A stretch of DNA of 62,767 nt, counting the filler, from Chiloscyllium plagiosum (Eukaryota): assembly GCF_004010195.1 (NCBI RefSeq). It is 4 parts of one record of this genome, joined end to end, with 100 filler letters (N's around TTAATTAATTAA, not from the genome) between each part and the next. Parts side by side here need not be neighbours in the genome. Positions count along the whole stretch, not along the records: positions 1 to 23,148 come from NC_057712.1; positions 23,249 to 45,626 come from NC_057712.1; 2 more parts are not named here. One strand, written 5' to 3'. Below the pieces are notes generated by a model. That model ran no database searches and had not been told where the DNA came from. It saw only the letters and a program-made list of their open reading frames with translations. A program made the position numbers and the translations under genes. Below are positions 12,408 through 26,000 of this stretch, piece after piece (position 1 is the stretch's first letter; every line of letters begins with the position of its first letter).

Positions 12408-13119
12408 TGTTACGACGCAGGGTAAATCCTGCTAATTTAAACCAGATACACAGAAAAGCTCACCTTGTCTCATAATCTGTTAAAGTATGAGTGACAGAGA
12501 ACTACCCAAATTCACAATTTAAAGAAAAAATTAACACTTTATTCTTTAACGCCAAAAGAGAAGATTAAACAACAACTATTTATAACTCTAACTCTCATTT
12601 CTCTTAACAATTTGTCTACCTTCCACTCTATAACAATATACTGATCCGATAAAACCCTGATTTAAATTTACAAAAAAATCAAGTTTCAAAACCAGCCAGC
12701 TGTGTCAATTCTTCTCTGTAGATTTCTGAATTGTCTTCAATCTTCTGCTATGCAAATTTTTCAGATGAAAAGGTACCTTTCAGGGAGAGAGTCTGTGGGA
12801 AGTCTGCATGGTGCCCTTTGTCTCTCTGGCTAGCTGTTCAATATGCCTACTTTTTATACCCCAACATATCGAATCATCTCATTGGTTTGATGTCAAAACA
12901 GTAAAATTCAAATTCGATTGGGTTTTAGTATCATGGGGCATAATTTAATCTGATTGGCTAAATTTGAATTGTTATGGAAACATAGCAACATAGCTCAGCT
13001 ATTTGTTTTACAGCCAAATATTATATTTTAATATTTTCCAGCACACTTTGTGCCTGCTAGGTGCTTGCCAGCTTTCACACTCTCTTAAAGATACAGTACA
13101 CCCCTACAACTTCATAATA
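12408..13119 (-). repeat. 5' LTR of the Gmr1-like element
   Basis: tgttacgacgcagggtaa...cccctacaacttcataata, collinear with 6261-7975. Confidence 0.88.
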
Positions 13120-13299
13120 ATAGCTTCTGAACTTCCCAGTGGTACTAATTACTTCAGTCAAAGCTGTGTGTCAGGGAAGGGCAGGAGCAGCAGTAATTAG
13201 ACTTGTTCTTAAAAGGTGAGAAGAAGGATTAGTTTTGTTTTTGATCTGTGAGGGAGATATTATGAAGGGCAGACAGGAAGGGGAGTGAAGACTGCAATC

Positions 13300-15000
13300 A
13301 GATAATCCATGATCTATATGGCAGATCAGGCTGGATGGGTTAAATGGTCTAATCCTCCTCCTATTTCTTATGATCACTTTTATTCATGATGACCTGGCTC
13401 CATGTTCAATGAACCTCCTTATGAACATACAAATGAGGTGCAGCAATAAACCATTCAGCTCCTCAATTCTGCTCCACCATTCAAAATGATTGTTGCTGAT
13501 CTGGTTGTGTTTGCATTCCACATTCTCATCTACCCCAATAAATTTTGATTCTCTTGCATAACAAGAATCTATCTCCCTCTGCATTAAAAATATTCAACGA
13601 GTTTACCTCCACCACCTTATGGGGAAAAGATCTCCAAATTTGCACAACTTGTCTAGAGAAGAAAATTCTCCTGTTTCCTAAAAGGTGACCCATAATTTTT
13701 AAGCAGTGCCTTCTGATTCATAACTCACCCACAAAAGGAAACATTCTTTCCCATCCACCTTGTCAAGACCATTTCAATCAAGTCATCCTTCATTCTTCTG
13801 CACACCAATGGAAACAAGTCCAATCTGATCTACCCATCCTCAAAAAGCAACCCACTCATCCCAGGTGGTAATCCAGTAAAGTTCCTCTGAACTGCCTGCC
13901 AGATATTTACATTTACATCCTTTCTTAAATAAGGTGACCAAAACTGCACACATTATTTGAGATGTGGTTTCACTGAAGTGTAATATAAGTGAAGCATAAC
14001 ATCTTTACTTTTATATTCCGTTCCTCTCATAATAAAGGATAGCATTTCATTAACCATCTTAATTAATTGCTGCACTTTTTGTAACTCATGCTATAGAGCA
14101 CCAATGTGCCAATATATTTCAGAATTCTGCAGTTATTAATACTGTCTTTTGCTTCTTCCAACCTTCGTGAACAACTTCACAATTTTCCACATTATATTCC
14201 ATCTGATGGGGAATTGGTTTAGCTCAGTTAGCTGGATTGTCGGTTTGCAGAGCAGTGGGACATGAACAGTATCTCAGGTTAAATTGCCACCAGTTGCTTC
14301 TCTCTCTAATAAGAGAGCAGCCCTATGGTCTGGTAAGACTATGGCAACACAACAACTCCATCTGCCAGCCTTTTCTCCACTTAGTCAAACCATCTATATA
14401 CATTTGCACTCTTCTTTGTGCTCTCTTCACAGCATTCTTTCCCACTTATCCTTCTGTCATCTGCAAATTTACTTTCTAATCCCTCATTTACTAATCCCTC
14501 CCATAACAAAGGGACTGTACTTGTCACATTCTACCAATCAGAAAAAGATTATTTTATGCATGCTCTCTGTTTTCTGCCAGCCAGCCAATCTTCTATCCGT
14601 GTTATAATATTACCCTCATGCCATGAGTTTTTATTTTCCACTATTTCTTTTGCTGCAGTGCCCTATTAAATACCTTCTGGAAATCCAAGTACATCTACAG
14701 GTTCCTCTTTATGCACAGTGTATGTTGCCTATTCAAAGAATTCCAATAAATTATTTAAACATGGTTTCCTTTTCACCAAACCAAGCTGATTCTCCCCAAT
14801 TAAGTTGAGTTTGTCTAAGTGCCTGACTAATTATCAATTCAAGCACTTTCTCACACAGATCTCAAGCTAACTGGCTTATAGCTTTCTGTTTCCCTCTCTT
14901 ATTGAACAGAGGAGTTCTATTTACTACATTTCAATCTGACAGAAATTTTCCAGAACACCAATGAATCTACTATCTCATCAGCCACCTTTCTTAAGATTCT
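13300..15000 (-). mobile_element. Old CR1 LINE fragments, with a tRNA-derived SINE at about 14208-14350
   Basis: CR1 3' motifs (ggtgaccaaaactgcacaca, tcatctgcaaatt). SINE head ggtttagctcagttagctgg, related to the copy at about 55683-55885. Confidence 0.65.
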
Positions 15001-15004
15001 AGTG

Positions 15005-16945
15005 AGCTGCCTTCTTGAACCACCGCTGTGAGTTGATCCACAATGCCCTTAGGGAGGGAATTCGGGATTTTGACTCAGTGACAGTGAAGGAATGGCGATA
15101 TATTTCCAAGTCGGTATAATGAGCGGCTTGGAGGGGATCTTAAAGTTAGTGGTATTTCCATGTATCTGTTGACTTTGTCCTTCAAGAAGGAAGTGAATGT
15201 GGGTTTGAATGGTGCTCTCTAAGGATCTTTGGTGAATTTCTGCAATACATCTTGTAGATAGTACACACTGCTGCTACTGAGCATTGGTGGTGGCAGGAGT
15301 GGATGTTTGTGGATGTGCTACCAATTAAGCGGGCTGCTTTATCCTGCATGGTACCAAGTTTTTTTGCATGTTGTTGGAGCTGCACGTATCCAGGCAAGTT
15401 GGGAATATTCCGTCTTGCGTTTTGTAGATGGTGGACAGGCTTTAGGGAGTCAGGAAGTCTAGGTCAAATAGAACCCATGATTTTAGATGATCTCGAATAG
15501 AAGATTTTAAGTGAAGGATACTGATCATGTTTTATACTGGTTAGAATATGTTGAGTAGTTGAAACATAGAATCACATGGTCATGGTCATTATGGCACAGA
15601 GAGAGCCCATGCACTGGAGCCCATACCAGTGTGTTCTCTGAAGTGTAAGGTCAGATCAGAAGCTGCTAGTCGAACCTTCATTTCAGCCATGCTAATAAGT
15701 AATATATAACTAGCTCATGGCTGCAAGAGGTGAGGACAACTAATGGCAGCTACAGTCGCCACAACAAGTAAAAGTATTCCTAGCCTCTGAGCTGTTCTTG
15801 TAGCCATTTGTTTGTGGTGAATCCAGTTGAGTTTCTGGTCAATGATAACCTTCAGGATGTTGATGGTGGGGGATTCAATGATGGCAACACCATTGAATGT
15901 GGTGGTTAGATGGTCTCTTATTGGTGATGGTCATAGCCTGGCATTGTGTTGTACCCACGTTACTTGCCACTTGTCAGCCCTAGCCTGGATAATGTTCAGA
16001 TCTTGTTACATTTGAACATGGACTGCTTCAGTATCTGAGGAATCACGAATGGTGCTGAACATTATGCAATCATTGGCGAACATCTCCACCTCTGACATTG
16101 GAGTGAAGGTGGTTGATGAAGCAACTTAAGATGGTTGGGTCTAGGACACTACCCTGAGGAACGCCTGCTGAGATGTCCTGCAGCTGAGATAACTGACCTC
16201 CAACAATCACGACCAATTCCCAATGTGTCAGGTATGACTCCAACATTGGAGAGTTTGCCCCGTGATACCCCTTGATGTCAAGGGCTGTCACTCTCACCTC
16301 CCCTCTGAAATTCAGCTTTATGTCCATGTTTGAACCAGGGACTGTAATGGGGTCAGGAGCTGAGTGGCCCTGGAGGAACCCAAACTGGACGCCGCTGAGC
16401 AGATGCTGTTTGATTTTTTTCTTTATTTTTCCCCGATACTCCTGTTTTGTTTTCTTTTTTTCCCCTCCCCTACACTACCGCCTAACAGCAGTAGTGCTTT
16501 TTTCCCCAGCATCCATGTTGTGTGTGCGCGGGTGTCAGATGCTGCTTGATAGCTCAGTTTATGACACCTTCCACCACTTTGCTGATGATTGAGAGTAGAC
16601 TGATGGAGTGGTGATTGACTGAATTGGCTTTGTCCTGCTTTTTATGAACAGGACATACCTAGGCAATTTTCCACATTGTCGGGTATAATTGTACTGGTCA
16701 GCTTAGCTAGGAAAGTAGCAAGATCTGGGCCACAAGTCCTCAGTACTATTGCCGGAATGTTGTCAGGGTCCATAGCCTTTGCAGTATCCAGTGCTTCCAA
16801 CCCTTTCTTAATATCACGTGGGATGAATTGAATTAGCTGAAGACTAGTATTTGTAATGCTGGGGACCACTGGATAAGGCCAAGATGGATCATCCACTTGG
16901 CACTTTTGACTGAAGATTGCTGCGAAAGCTTCAGCCTTATCTTCA
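15005..16945 (-). mobile_element. LINE (CR1/L2 group) RT fragments
   Basis: LDTAKAMDPDNIPAIVLRTC, ALDIKG, ISAGVPQGSVLDP, QDKAARLIG. Confidence 0.8.
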
Positions 16946-19900
16946 TCTACTTTATGATTGCGATGCATGTTCAGATGCAGAATCTCTAGTTTCTTCCTTT
17001 TTGTTATCTTTGCACCAGTTAGTCCTGACTGTTGGTGTACTTTTAGTGTTTTTTTGTCTCTTTCTACCATTCTCTGACCTTCATTTCCAGTATTACAAAT
17101 TTGCTTTCTTGTCAAGGACTGTAATCTTGAATTGCAACATCCACCCAATCATGAACCCTCACTCCCATTGTTTAGATTAAAGCACTCCCTACTCACCTAC
17201 TTAAGTGGTTTACTAGAACACTACATGGTTCTACTGCTGCCAGTACAATCTCCCACTACTGATGTGAGTTCCCCACTTAGTCTTTGAGCTATGTTATTAT
17301 TTAATTAATATGTGCCCTATACCAATTGGTATATGACTCAGAATAATCTAGAATATATTAGCTTTGAGATTCAGTTTAGTGCCTAGTTCATTATTCCCAA
17401 AGCAGGAAGAGCCTTTCTTAACACCAGCTAAGCTGCATCTTGATGCTTTTCAGTAAGTTCTGATGATGAATCATTCTTTGCTAGTCTGTGTGGGAACCAT
17501 TCAACAGAATTTACCATATCATTTCTCCAGCAGGGCCTCGAGGATATTAAATATTGACTGATGGACTTGTGGTAAAAGGAGCTTTTTTACTTATATTTCT
17601 GCACAAGAAACAGATAGTACAGAACTGTCCAACTACCTGGAGCATTCCATGCCAATGTGGCCAGACCTATCCTTTGTAACACTGGGGACAGATGACACTT
17701 GGTATTTGCATACGGAGTCTCTATGCACAGCTTGATGCAGCTGCCCATGGTGGTAACCATTGAGATGAGGCCAATGTTATATTTGCATTTCCCTCTTTAT
17801 CATTTGTAAATCGTATTCTGTCAATTCAGTTAATTATTGACTTCCAAAGTACATGTTAATCGTTAAATAAAATTCAATCATTCACCCCTTCTCCTTCTAA
17901 TTGTCCTTTTGTGAAGTGCACTAAACATTTGTCTGATGATTTGACTTAGTGGTTTAGCTCAATATTGAGCAGTGTATGCATAAGTGCTTTGTGATTTGTA
18001 CTGAGATGTTTGTAAAAGGCTGAATTACAAGTATTATCTGCCAGAATTTCAGATGAATTTTCCAAACAGCTGCTGCAAATTCCAGCAACAAAAAATGTAT
18101 ACGCCATCAGTTGTGACGCAGTGGCTGATTTATTTTTTGCTGTGTCAATTCACAGGTCCCTGTCTGTAAAGTCCTGGGAGTTCAATAATCACATTATTAT
18201 GAATGAACCCTTTAAGGAACTGAGCATTGAAAGTTTCGTCAGTTAAATAAAAGCATAGTCAATGGCCTGCCACTCCTCCGCAGCCCCACAAATTATAAGC
18301 TAAATAAAACCAATGCACATTTCATCCATATGCTATCAGAATAAATAAAACATAGCTACTGCAAAATTTATGAATGAATTAAAAGCAATGGGTATTAATT
18401 AATGTGTCAGGAGTGCAAGTTTAGCTTTACTTAGCTTTTTTTATTATAAATTATGCAGGACAATGTCTGGCTAGATTTTCAGAATGAAAATAAGTTGAAA
18501 GGCCTGAATAAAAACCCCAAATTGAAATCAAGTGAACTTATTTATCAATATGCTGATTTTGATAAATACATTCATGCTTTATATATGTACCATTTATATG
18601 TATATTTATCTTTTTAACATGAAAGTTGCAAGATGTAGGCCATCATAAAAGCTGAGGAAGGAGATTGAGGCAGTGGTGGCACTGAAAATGTAGGAATGGC
18701 TGTATTTGAGCCAGCAGGACGTGACAAGGTAGTTTGTTGCTAATGTTCAAAAGTCCATAAAGAGCAGCAATGTGTAGCAACTTGATCGGGGGCTGGCGAC
18801 TTTGAACGTAGGCTGTGCAACATCTTCAGTAGTGGCATTATTGACCTGAAAGAAACTGGAGAGGGCAATTTGGAACATGAACCACTAAATACCTAGCTGA
18901 AGGACTAAAGGGGAGGGCAATGCAGGACTGAGCAGAACAGCCAAAAAACAAGCAGCATAGGCTAGCCCAGGGGAGAGACAAAACCTCAGTGAAGAGCAGA
19001 TCATTTTTAGAAGCTGAATGAAAGCAATATAAAATTAGAAATAATGTACTTTAAGTTTAAATATTTAAAGTGAATACATCTTGAGAAAGAAAACTGCTTG
19101 GATCTGGGTAACAAAGTTTAGAAACTTGCATATGGTAATCATACGCTGTCATCCTTCTTTTAAATTGATAGCTAATATGCTCTTTGAATTTCTTTTAAAG
19201 CATAGCAGTAAAATGCCTAGTTAAAGTTTACTGTATTGCAAAAGTTATGATGTAGATGCCTTTGAGAAATACATAATGATATTAAAGAAAATTGCAATGC
19301 ATATTTTCAAAAAGAAAATAATAGAGAGAAACTCATTCATCATACAGATTGAGTGACAGCAGTAAGAACTGCCAACTTCGATCATTTCAGTTTTATTGGT
19401 TCTGTCCCATTAGGAACAAATTTTAGCTGATTGACCTCTATGAGCTTTGCTTCCTAACAAGATGTGATTTATATACTCTGGTGAACTATACAATATGTGA
19501 TTTATTTGGGTGAAGACTTCTAGTGAAATATAATTCGCTGGATGCCCACAAGGGATTTGAAGTTGGGTGACATGTAATCTCCATCAGATGACCTTCCTGC
19601 CACCTACCCACCTGGCACCCACCACCAAGCTGTCTGAAATATGTTGGGTTGTGGAGGTCTGCCTGGTCCTGGGCTTATAAGCCCCTTAACTGGACACAGG
19701 GTCTCATTCCCCATTCACCCATCATTTAGAACTTATAAGGGGTTTAGAGGTTTAATTAGTAGAGTAATATGTGGACAGTTCATTAAGTACAGAAACTTGG
19801 TCCACGCTTTCTCTCAACCTGAGTCTGAAAGTCCAGTATATTTGGGAATCTCTGGGTATTTTTAAGACCAGAAGAGGTAGAAGCAGAAAGATCCCATTCA

Positions 19901-20565
19901 ACCAAGTGAGTATGCTGTATCATTGCTGATCTGTATACCCTCAATTCCACATTCTTACCTCTTCCTCATTGGCTTGATTCTCTTACTGAATAAGAGTCTA
20001 TCTGCCTCAACCTTAATGACACAGCCTCGCACCCCTCTGTGATAAATAATTCTATAGATTCATTACCCTCTGAGAAAGTAATTCCTCCTCATTTCTATCT
20101 TTAATGTGTGATCCCTTATTCTGAGATTATGCCCTCTGGTACTGGACTCCTTCACAAGGGAAACAACCTCCATACATCTCCACGATCAAATCTCCTAAGA
20201 ATCTTGTATATTTCAAAATCTTTAAAAATCCTTAACTTTTGTGACAACTCTGGTAATAGTGGGGCTTAGTTTCCAGCACAAGTCCTCAGTGGGGCATGAC
20301 GTGGGCTGGAGGTTATGCTGGGTGTCCTCCATTGTGGATCACTAGGCCCATCAAAATTAATACAAACGCCTCCCCTCCAGGCCATCCCATTTTCTCCATC
20401 TCCTGGCCTCTTGATCCTGGATCCCACCAGCCAACTCGCTATAGCAACCCCAGAATAACCTGCCAGTGTAGGCTCCTCCTTGGGAACTGCTTGGAGTTGC
20501 ATTAATGACTATTGCTTGGACATCAGAATTACTGGCTAATCTGATTGGCTGGCAATTCTGTAAGG

Positions 20566-20768
20566 AGAAAGTGAGGACTGCAGATGCTGGAGATCAGAGC
20601 TGAAAATGTGTTGCTGGAAAAGCGCAGCAGGTCAGGCAGCATCCAGGGAACAGGAGAATCGACATTTCGGGCATAAGCCCGAAGAAGGGCTTATGCCCGA
20701 AACGTCGATTCTCCTGTTCCCTGGATGCTGCCTGACCTGCTGCGCTTTTCCAGCAACACATTTTCAGC
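20566..20768. mobile_element. Near-perfect palindromic Penelope-derived insertion
   Basis: Arms inverted about the hammerhead stem (gggcataagcccgaagaagggcttatgcccgaaacgtc). 18-bp TSD gctggcaattctgtaagg at 20548-20565 and 20769-20786. Confidence 0.88.
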
Positions 20769-21492
20769 GCTGGCAATTCTGTAAGGTGGGGAAGCAGCCT
20801 CACCCTGGTACAATTAAAGCTGCTCCCAGTCTTAAATTGTTTTGGAGTAACCTTAAATATCCCAACTTCTTAGCCAGGGATGGGCATGATGGGTACATTG
20901 CAGTTCATACAATCCAGCCTGAGTAAATCCACAAGTACAACAGAACAATAGGACCAAATCCTCCTGGGTGTTTGATACATATCTGTATTTATCAGAAGTG
21001 GACAGACCCATGGACTGCATCTATCATCCAGATTGTTAGTGGCACACAATCCTTAATATTGATACCAGTGTCTTCACTTCCACGTCATTAGGATGACCCT
21101 GTAGAACTCAGAAGTTTTATTGTGACTTATAACTGGAAACTGGAAACCTTCCAATGCAACTTCTCTAAATGGGGACAGCAATGAATAGCATTGGAAAAAA
21201 AAACAGTGAAGGAGAAAGCCTGGATAGAATGTCTGTGTTAGGTCGGGAATTTTGTACATGACGCCTTTTTGGGGGCAGTTTAAATCCTTTTGACCCCTAC
21301 AGATTCCAATAAAGACACTATTAATGAAGCGAAATTGCTGCAGCTAAATACAAAGGTCAGAAGAGACTCTTGAGAGATGTCAGTAGTGTATGTGCAGATG
21401 GCATTGACTGAAGAAAATACCATTCACTGTTAATATAGATTTGCAGAAACTAGTTAGTCCTCAGTTGAAGTGACTGTTGTCAGAAACACCAT

Positions 21493-21610
21493 GGCTGAAA
21501 ATGTGTTGCTGGAAAAGCGCAGCAGGTCAGGCAGCATCCTTGCCTGCTGCGCTTTTCCAGCAACACATTTTCAGCTCTGATCTCCAGCATCTGCAGTCCT
21601 CACTTTCTCC
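21493..21610. mobile_element. Short fold-back Penelope-derived insertion
   Basis: Inverted arms; 13-bp TSD tcagaaacaccat at 21480-21492 and 21611-21623. Confidence 0.8.
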
Positions 21611-22699
21611 TCAGAAACACCATAACAACTTTAAATGAGGCCGAGTTTCCCATATAAATCAATGTTAAAGCCAGGCAGCGTTAGATTCCTGCGGACATAT
21701 TTTTTACTGAAAAAATGTGTAAAGGTTGAAATACTTTATTGTCTGTATTTCTCACTAAAATAACTTGAAAAATCAGTCACTAAATATAAAAGGTTTAACA
21801 AAGTAATAGAACCAAATATTCTTGAATGGCCAGTAGATGGCAACCTATACAAATGCTATTAATGATCTAAAAACAGAAAGTGATGGAGAAACTCAGCAAT
21901 TCTGGCAGCATCTGTAAAGAGAGAAAAAGTTGACATTTCAAGTCCAATATGGCTCTTTTTCAGCTAATGAGGTTTTGAAGCTTGCATTCCTTAACATCAG
22001 AGGCAGATGGTGGTTGGCGGGGGAGGTGGGGGGTGCGATGTTTCAGGTCAGAACCTTTCATCAGGACTGGGGTAGGGGAAAGGAGCTGTGAAATACTTCA
22101 GGCTACACATCTTTGATAGAGACTTCACACTGTTTCAGAAAAGAAGACAAAACATTTCTTGGTAAAACAATGAGTGAGATACACATGAAGGATGGGACTT
22201 CAGCTAGAATTCATGCAGGTTAAGGTGGAGCCAGAGACTGTCACTGGGGAAGGAGATATGGCTGTAAAGTGAGTTTGGCATGCAGTTGGAGGGAGATGGA
22301 AAATTATTTTCCAAGTTGGACATATGTGGAAGAGAAGTGATGGTGAATTAAACACTCAAATACAAATAAAATATTGCAGGCATTGGAAATCTGAAATAAA
22401 AGTAAATTACTGGAGAGAGACTCAGTCGGTCTGGCAGTATCTGTGGAGTCCAATATGACTTCTTCAGATTTCATCAGATTCAAAACATTTACTATTTTTC
22501 TCACACTCGATAAGCTTCTCCAGCATTTCATGTTTATATTTCCAGCATTCACGGAATTTTGCTTTTATTTATGCAATTAACGATCATTGTATCAGAAATT
22601 AAAACAACGTTGTTTGTAATCTGGTGTTGCTGTCATCAACAATCCCAAAAGTAATATATACAGTTTGCATTCAAAAATGAAAAGCTGTTACTCTTGCAA

Positions 22700-23148
22700 A
22701 ATAGAGACCATTGACTCTGTCCAATGCAACAAACCCTCCGTCCAATGCACCTCCGCCCTCAGACTCCACCCCTCCAACCGTATCAAGGACAGAACGCCCC
22801 TGGTGCTCACCTTCCACCCTACCAACCTTCGCATAAACCAAGTCATCCGCCGACATTTTCGCCACCTCCAAAAAGACCCCACCACCAGGAATATATTTCC
22901 CTCCCCACCCCTTTCCGCCTTCCGCAAAGACCGTTCCCTCCGTGACTACCTGGTCAGGTCCACACCCCCCTACAACCCACCCTCCCATTCTGGCACCTTC
23001 CCCTGCCACCGCAGGAACTGTAAAACCTGCGCCCACACCTCCTCTCTCACCTCTATCCAAGGCCCTAAAGGAGCCTTCCACATCCATCAAAGTTTTACCT
23101 GCACATCCACTAATATCATTTATTGTATCCATTGCTCCCGATGCGGAC
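22700..23148 (+). mobile_element. Penelope-like element ORF fragment (pre-endonuclease and GIY-YIG start), cut by a gap
   Basis: DRTPLVLTFHP...FPCHRRNCKTC...NIIYCIHCSRCG. Confidence 0.85.
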
Positions 23149-23248
23149 NNNNNNNNNNNNNNNNNNNNNNNNNNNNNNNNNNNNNNNNNNNNTTAATTAA
23201 TTAANNNNNNNNNNNNNNNNNNNNNNNNNNNNNNNNNNNNNNNNNNNN
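23149..23248. other. Artificial scaffold linker N44-TTAATTAATTAA-N44
   Basis: Exactly 100 bp, with a palindromic 12-mer giving stops in all six frames. Identical at 45627-45726 and 57893-57992. Confidence 0.95.
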
Positions 23249-23347
23249 ACACACACACACACACTTCCACCCGCCTACTCACTCATACACCCAAACATAA
23301 ACACGCCCACTTAAACACACACACACACACACTTCCACCCGCCTACT

Positions 23348-23652
23348 CACCGTGGCACAGTGGTTAGCACTGCTGCCTCACAGCACCAGAGACCCGGGTT
23401 CAATTCCCGCCTCAGGCGACTGACTGTGTGGAGTTTGCACATTCTCCCCGTGTCTGCATGGGTTTCCTCCGGGTGCTCCGGTTTCTTCCCACAGTCCAAA
23501 GATGTGCAGGTCAGGTGAATTGCCCTTGCTAAATTGCCCGTAGTGTTAGGTAAGGGGTAAAGGTATGGGTGGGTTGCACTTCGGCGGGTTGGTGTGGACT
23601 TGTTGGGCCGAAGGGCCTGTTTCCACACTGTAATGTAATGTAATCTAATCTA
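23348..23652 (+). mobile_element. V-SINE (HE1-type)
   Basis: gtggcacagtggttagcactgctgcctcacagcaccagagacccgggttcaattcc head, V-domain, and (taatg/taatc)n tail. Confidence 0.85.
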
Positions 23653-23754
23653 AATAGAATGTTCACACACCATCTAATAAAGGCCAGAGGCAGGCTTTCT
23701 TAATGAAAAGAGCAATTGGAGACCCTCTTGCACCCCAGGAGTTGGAGTCTGCCA

Positions 23755-24120
23755 TCACACACACACTTCCACCCGCCTACTCACTCATACACACAGACAT
23801 AAACACGCCCATTCACACACACACACTTCCACCCACCTACTCACTCATACACTCAGTAACTCATATATGTGCACAGACACACACAAACGTTTTCATATAC
23901 ACAGACGCACACTCATATTCTCACTCTCTCATACACACACTCATTCATTCATTCCCACAAACACAAACACTCAACTCATTAGCACACTCATTCATGCACA
24001 CACTCATTCATAAACACACTCACTTATGCACACACACACACATATACGCACCCAGTCATACACACACACATGTATGCACCCAGTCATACTCACAGACTCT
24101 AACACATCACTCATGTCCAA
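23755..24120. repeat. CA-rich low-complexity tract
   Basis: Imperfect (CA)n/(CACT)n runs. Confidence 0.85.
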
Positions 24121-24149
24121 ATTACTCAGTGTCAATTATGCACTCTCTA

Positions 24150-26000
24150 TAGAAACATAGAATATCAGAGCAGGAATATGGCCATTCAGCCCTTCATGCC
24201 TGCTGCACTGTCCAATATGATCATAATTGAACATCTTGTTCAGTCCCTTGTTCCCGTTTTCTTCCCATACTGTTTGGTCTCTTCAGCCCTAACAGCTGTA
24301 TCTAACTCCTTCTTGAAAATACTCAATGTTTTGCCCTCAACTGCTTTCTGTAACACGGAATTCCAATTCCAATTCCACAGGCTCTCTCTGGGTGAAGAAA
24401 TTTCAATTCTAAATGGCCCAGTGTGTATCTTTAGACTGTGACCCCTGGTTCTGGACTCCCTAGTCATTGGGAACATCTTTCCTGTATCTACCCTGTCTAA
24501 TCCTGTTAGAATTTTATAGGTTTCTATGAGATCTGCATCTTCTAAACTCAAGGGAATGTAATCCTAACTGATCCAATGTCTCTTCATTCATCAGTCCTAC
24601 CATCTCAGGAATCAGTCGGGTAAACCTTTGTTGCACATCCTCCATAGCCAGACCATCCTTCCTCAGATAAGGAGATCAAAACTGCACACAATACTCCAGG
24701 TGTGGTCTCACCAAAGCCCTGTACAATTGCAGCAAGACACCTCTGCTCCTGTACCTGAATCCTCTTGTGACAAAGGCCATTTACCTCCTTCACTGCCTGC
24801 CGCACCTACTCGCTTAATGTCAGCGATTGGTGTACAAGGACTCCTAGGTCTAAAGGCACCTTCCTGCTTTCACAATCTATTGACCTTTAGATAAGAGTCT
24901 GCCATTCCTGTTTATACTATGAAAGTGAATAACCTCACATTTACCCACACTGCAAATTTGGATACAAGTACTTCTAATTCCCTCATCTAAATCATGAATC
25001 TATGCTGTGAAAAGCTGGAATCCAAGCACTGACTGGGAGAAAGTGAGGAGGACTCCTAGGTCTAAAGGCACCTTCCTGCTTTCACAATCTATTGACCTTT
25101 AGATAAGAGTCTGCCATTCCTGTTTATACTATGAAAGTGAATAACCTCACATTTACCTACACTGCAAATTTGGATACAAGTACTTCTAATTCCCTCATCT
25201 AAATCATGAATCTGCTGTGAAAAGCTGGAATCCAAGCACTGTCTGGGAGAAAGTGAGGATTGCAGATGCTGGAGATCAGAGTCGAGAGTGTGGTGCTGGA
25301 AATGCACAGCAGGTCAGGCAGCATCCGAGGAGCAGGAGAATCGACGTTTCCCGCATAAGCCCTTCATCAGGATTGAGCTGTTGAAAAATGACCTGTTGAT
25401 TCCTACTGTTTGTTTCCTGTTTGCCAACTAGTTCCCTATCCATGTCAGTAGGCTCTGTGAATCCCATGGGTTTTAATGTTATGCGCTTCTCTCCGATGTG
25501 GGATGGGTGTAGATAGGTAAGAGACTGGGCAAAAATCTTGTGGGAAAATGTGAACTTGTTCAGTTTGGCCTGAAGAATAAAAAAAACAGAATATTACTGT
25601 TGAATGACCTCAAAGTTCTGTGATGCAGGGTGATTTAGGTATCTAGTGCATGAGTCATGAAATGTTAAATGCAGCGACAGCATAATCAGAAAGGTTAATG
25701 GCATGCTAGCCTTTTTAATTATAAAAGTCAGGATGTTACATTTCAGTTCAACAGGGCATCAGTGAGACCACATTTCAAACTATATGCAGTTTTGGTCTCC
25801 TTATTGAAGGAAAGATTTAAATGTAATGGAGGTGGTTCAGCGGAGGTTTACTAGATTATACCTAAAGTGATTGGGTTGTATTATGAAGAAGTTTGATAGA
25901 TGGGGTTTGTTTTCACTGAAGTTCAGAAGAATGTGGCGTGACTTGATTGAAGTCTACAAGACTCTGAGTAGTCTTGAGAAGGAGGAGGTGGAATGTACAG
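24150..26000. mobile_element. CR1 fragments (- then +) with an internal ~212-bp tandem duplication and a PLE-derived piece
   Basis: DLIETYKILTGLDRV..SRTRGH on -. Duplicated block at 24837-25048 and 25049-25259. Confidence 0.75.

Larger units (their letters stand above)
6261..13119 (-). mobile_element. Gmr1-like Gypsy LTR retrotransposon, two LTRs, degenerate, internally deleted
   Basis: Two similar LTRs starting TGTTACGAC, PBS, PPT, gag with SCAN-like motif, integrase upstream of RT-RNaseH. Near-matching 4-bp TSD (acag / atag). Confidence 0.9.

Noticed and set aside
17630..17700. Possible FYN LVTKGRVPYPG exon (gttacaaagga on -); similar hit near 47160
   Set aside because: Translation diverges at once (VTKDRSG; KGRSSVQ) and there is no KWTAPE or DVWSFG.
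23193..23204. Palindromic TTAATTAATTAA as a regulatory site
   Set aside because: Centred in exactly 100-bp N blocks three times; it is a synthetic linker.
23348..23420. tRNA gene
   Set aside because: The A/B-box head continues into a V-SINE body and tail, so it is a SINE.
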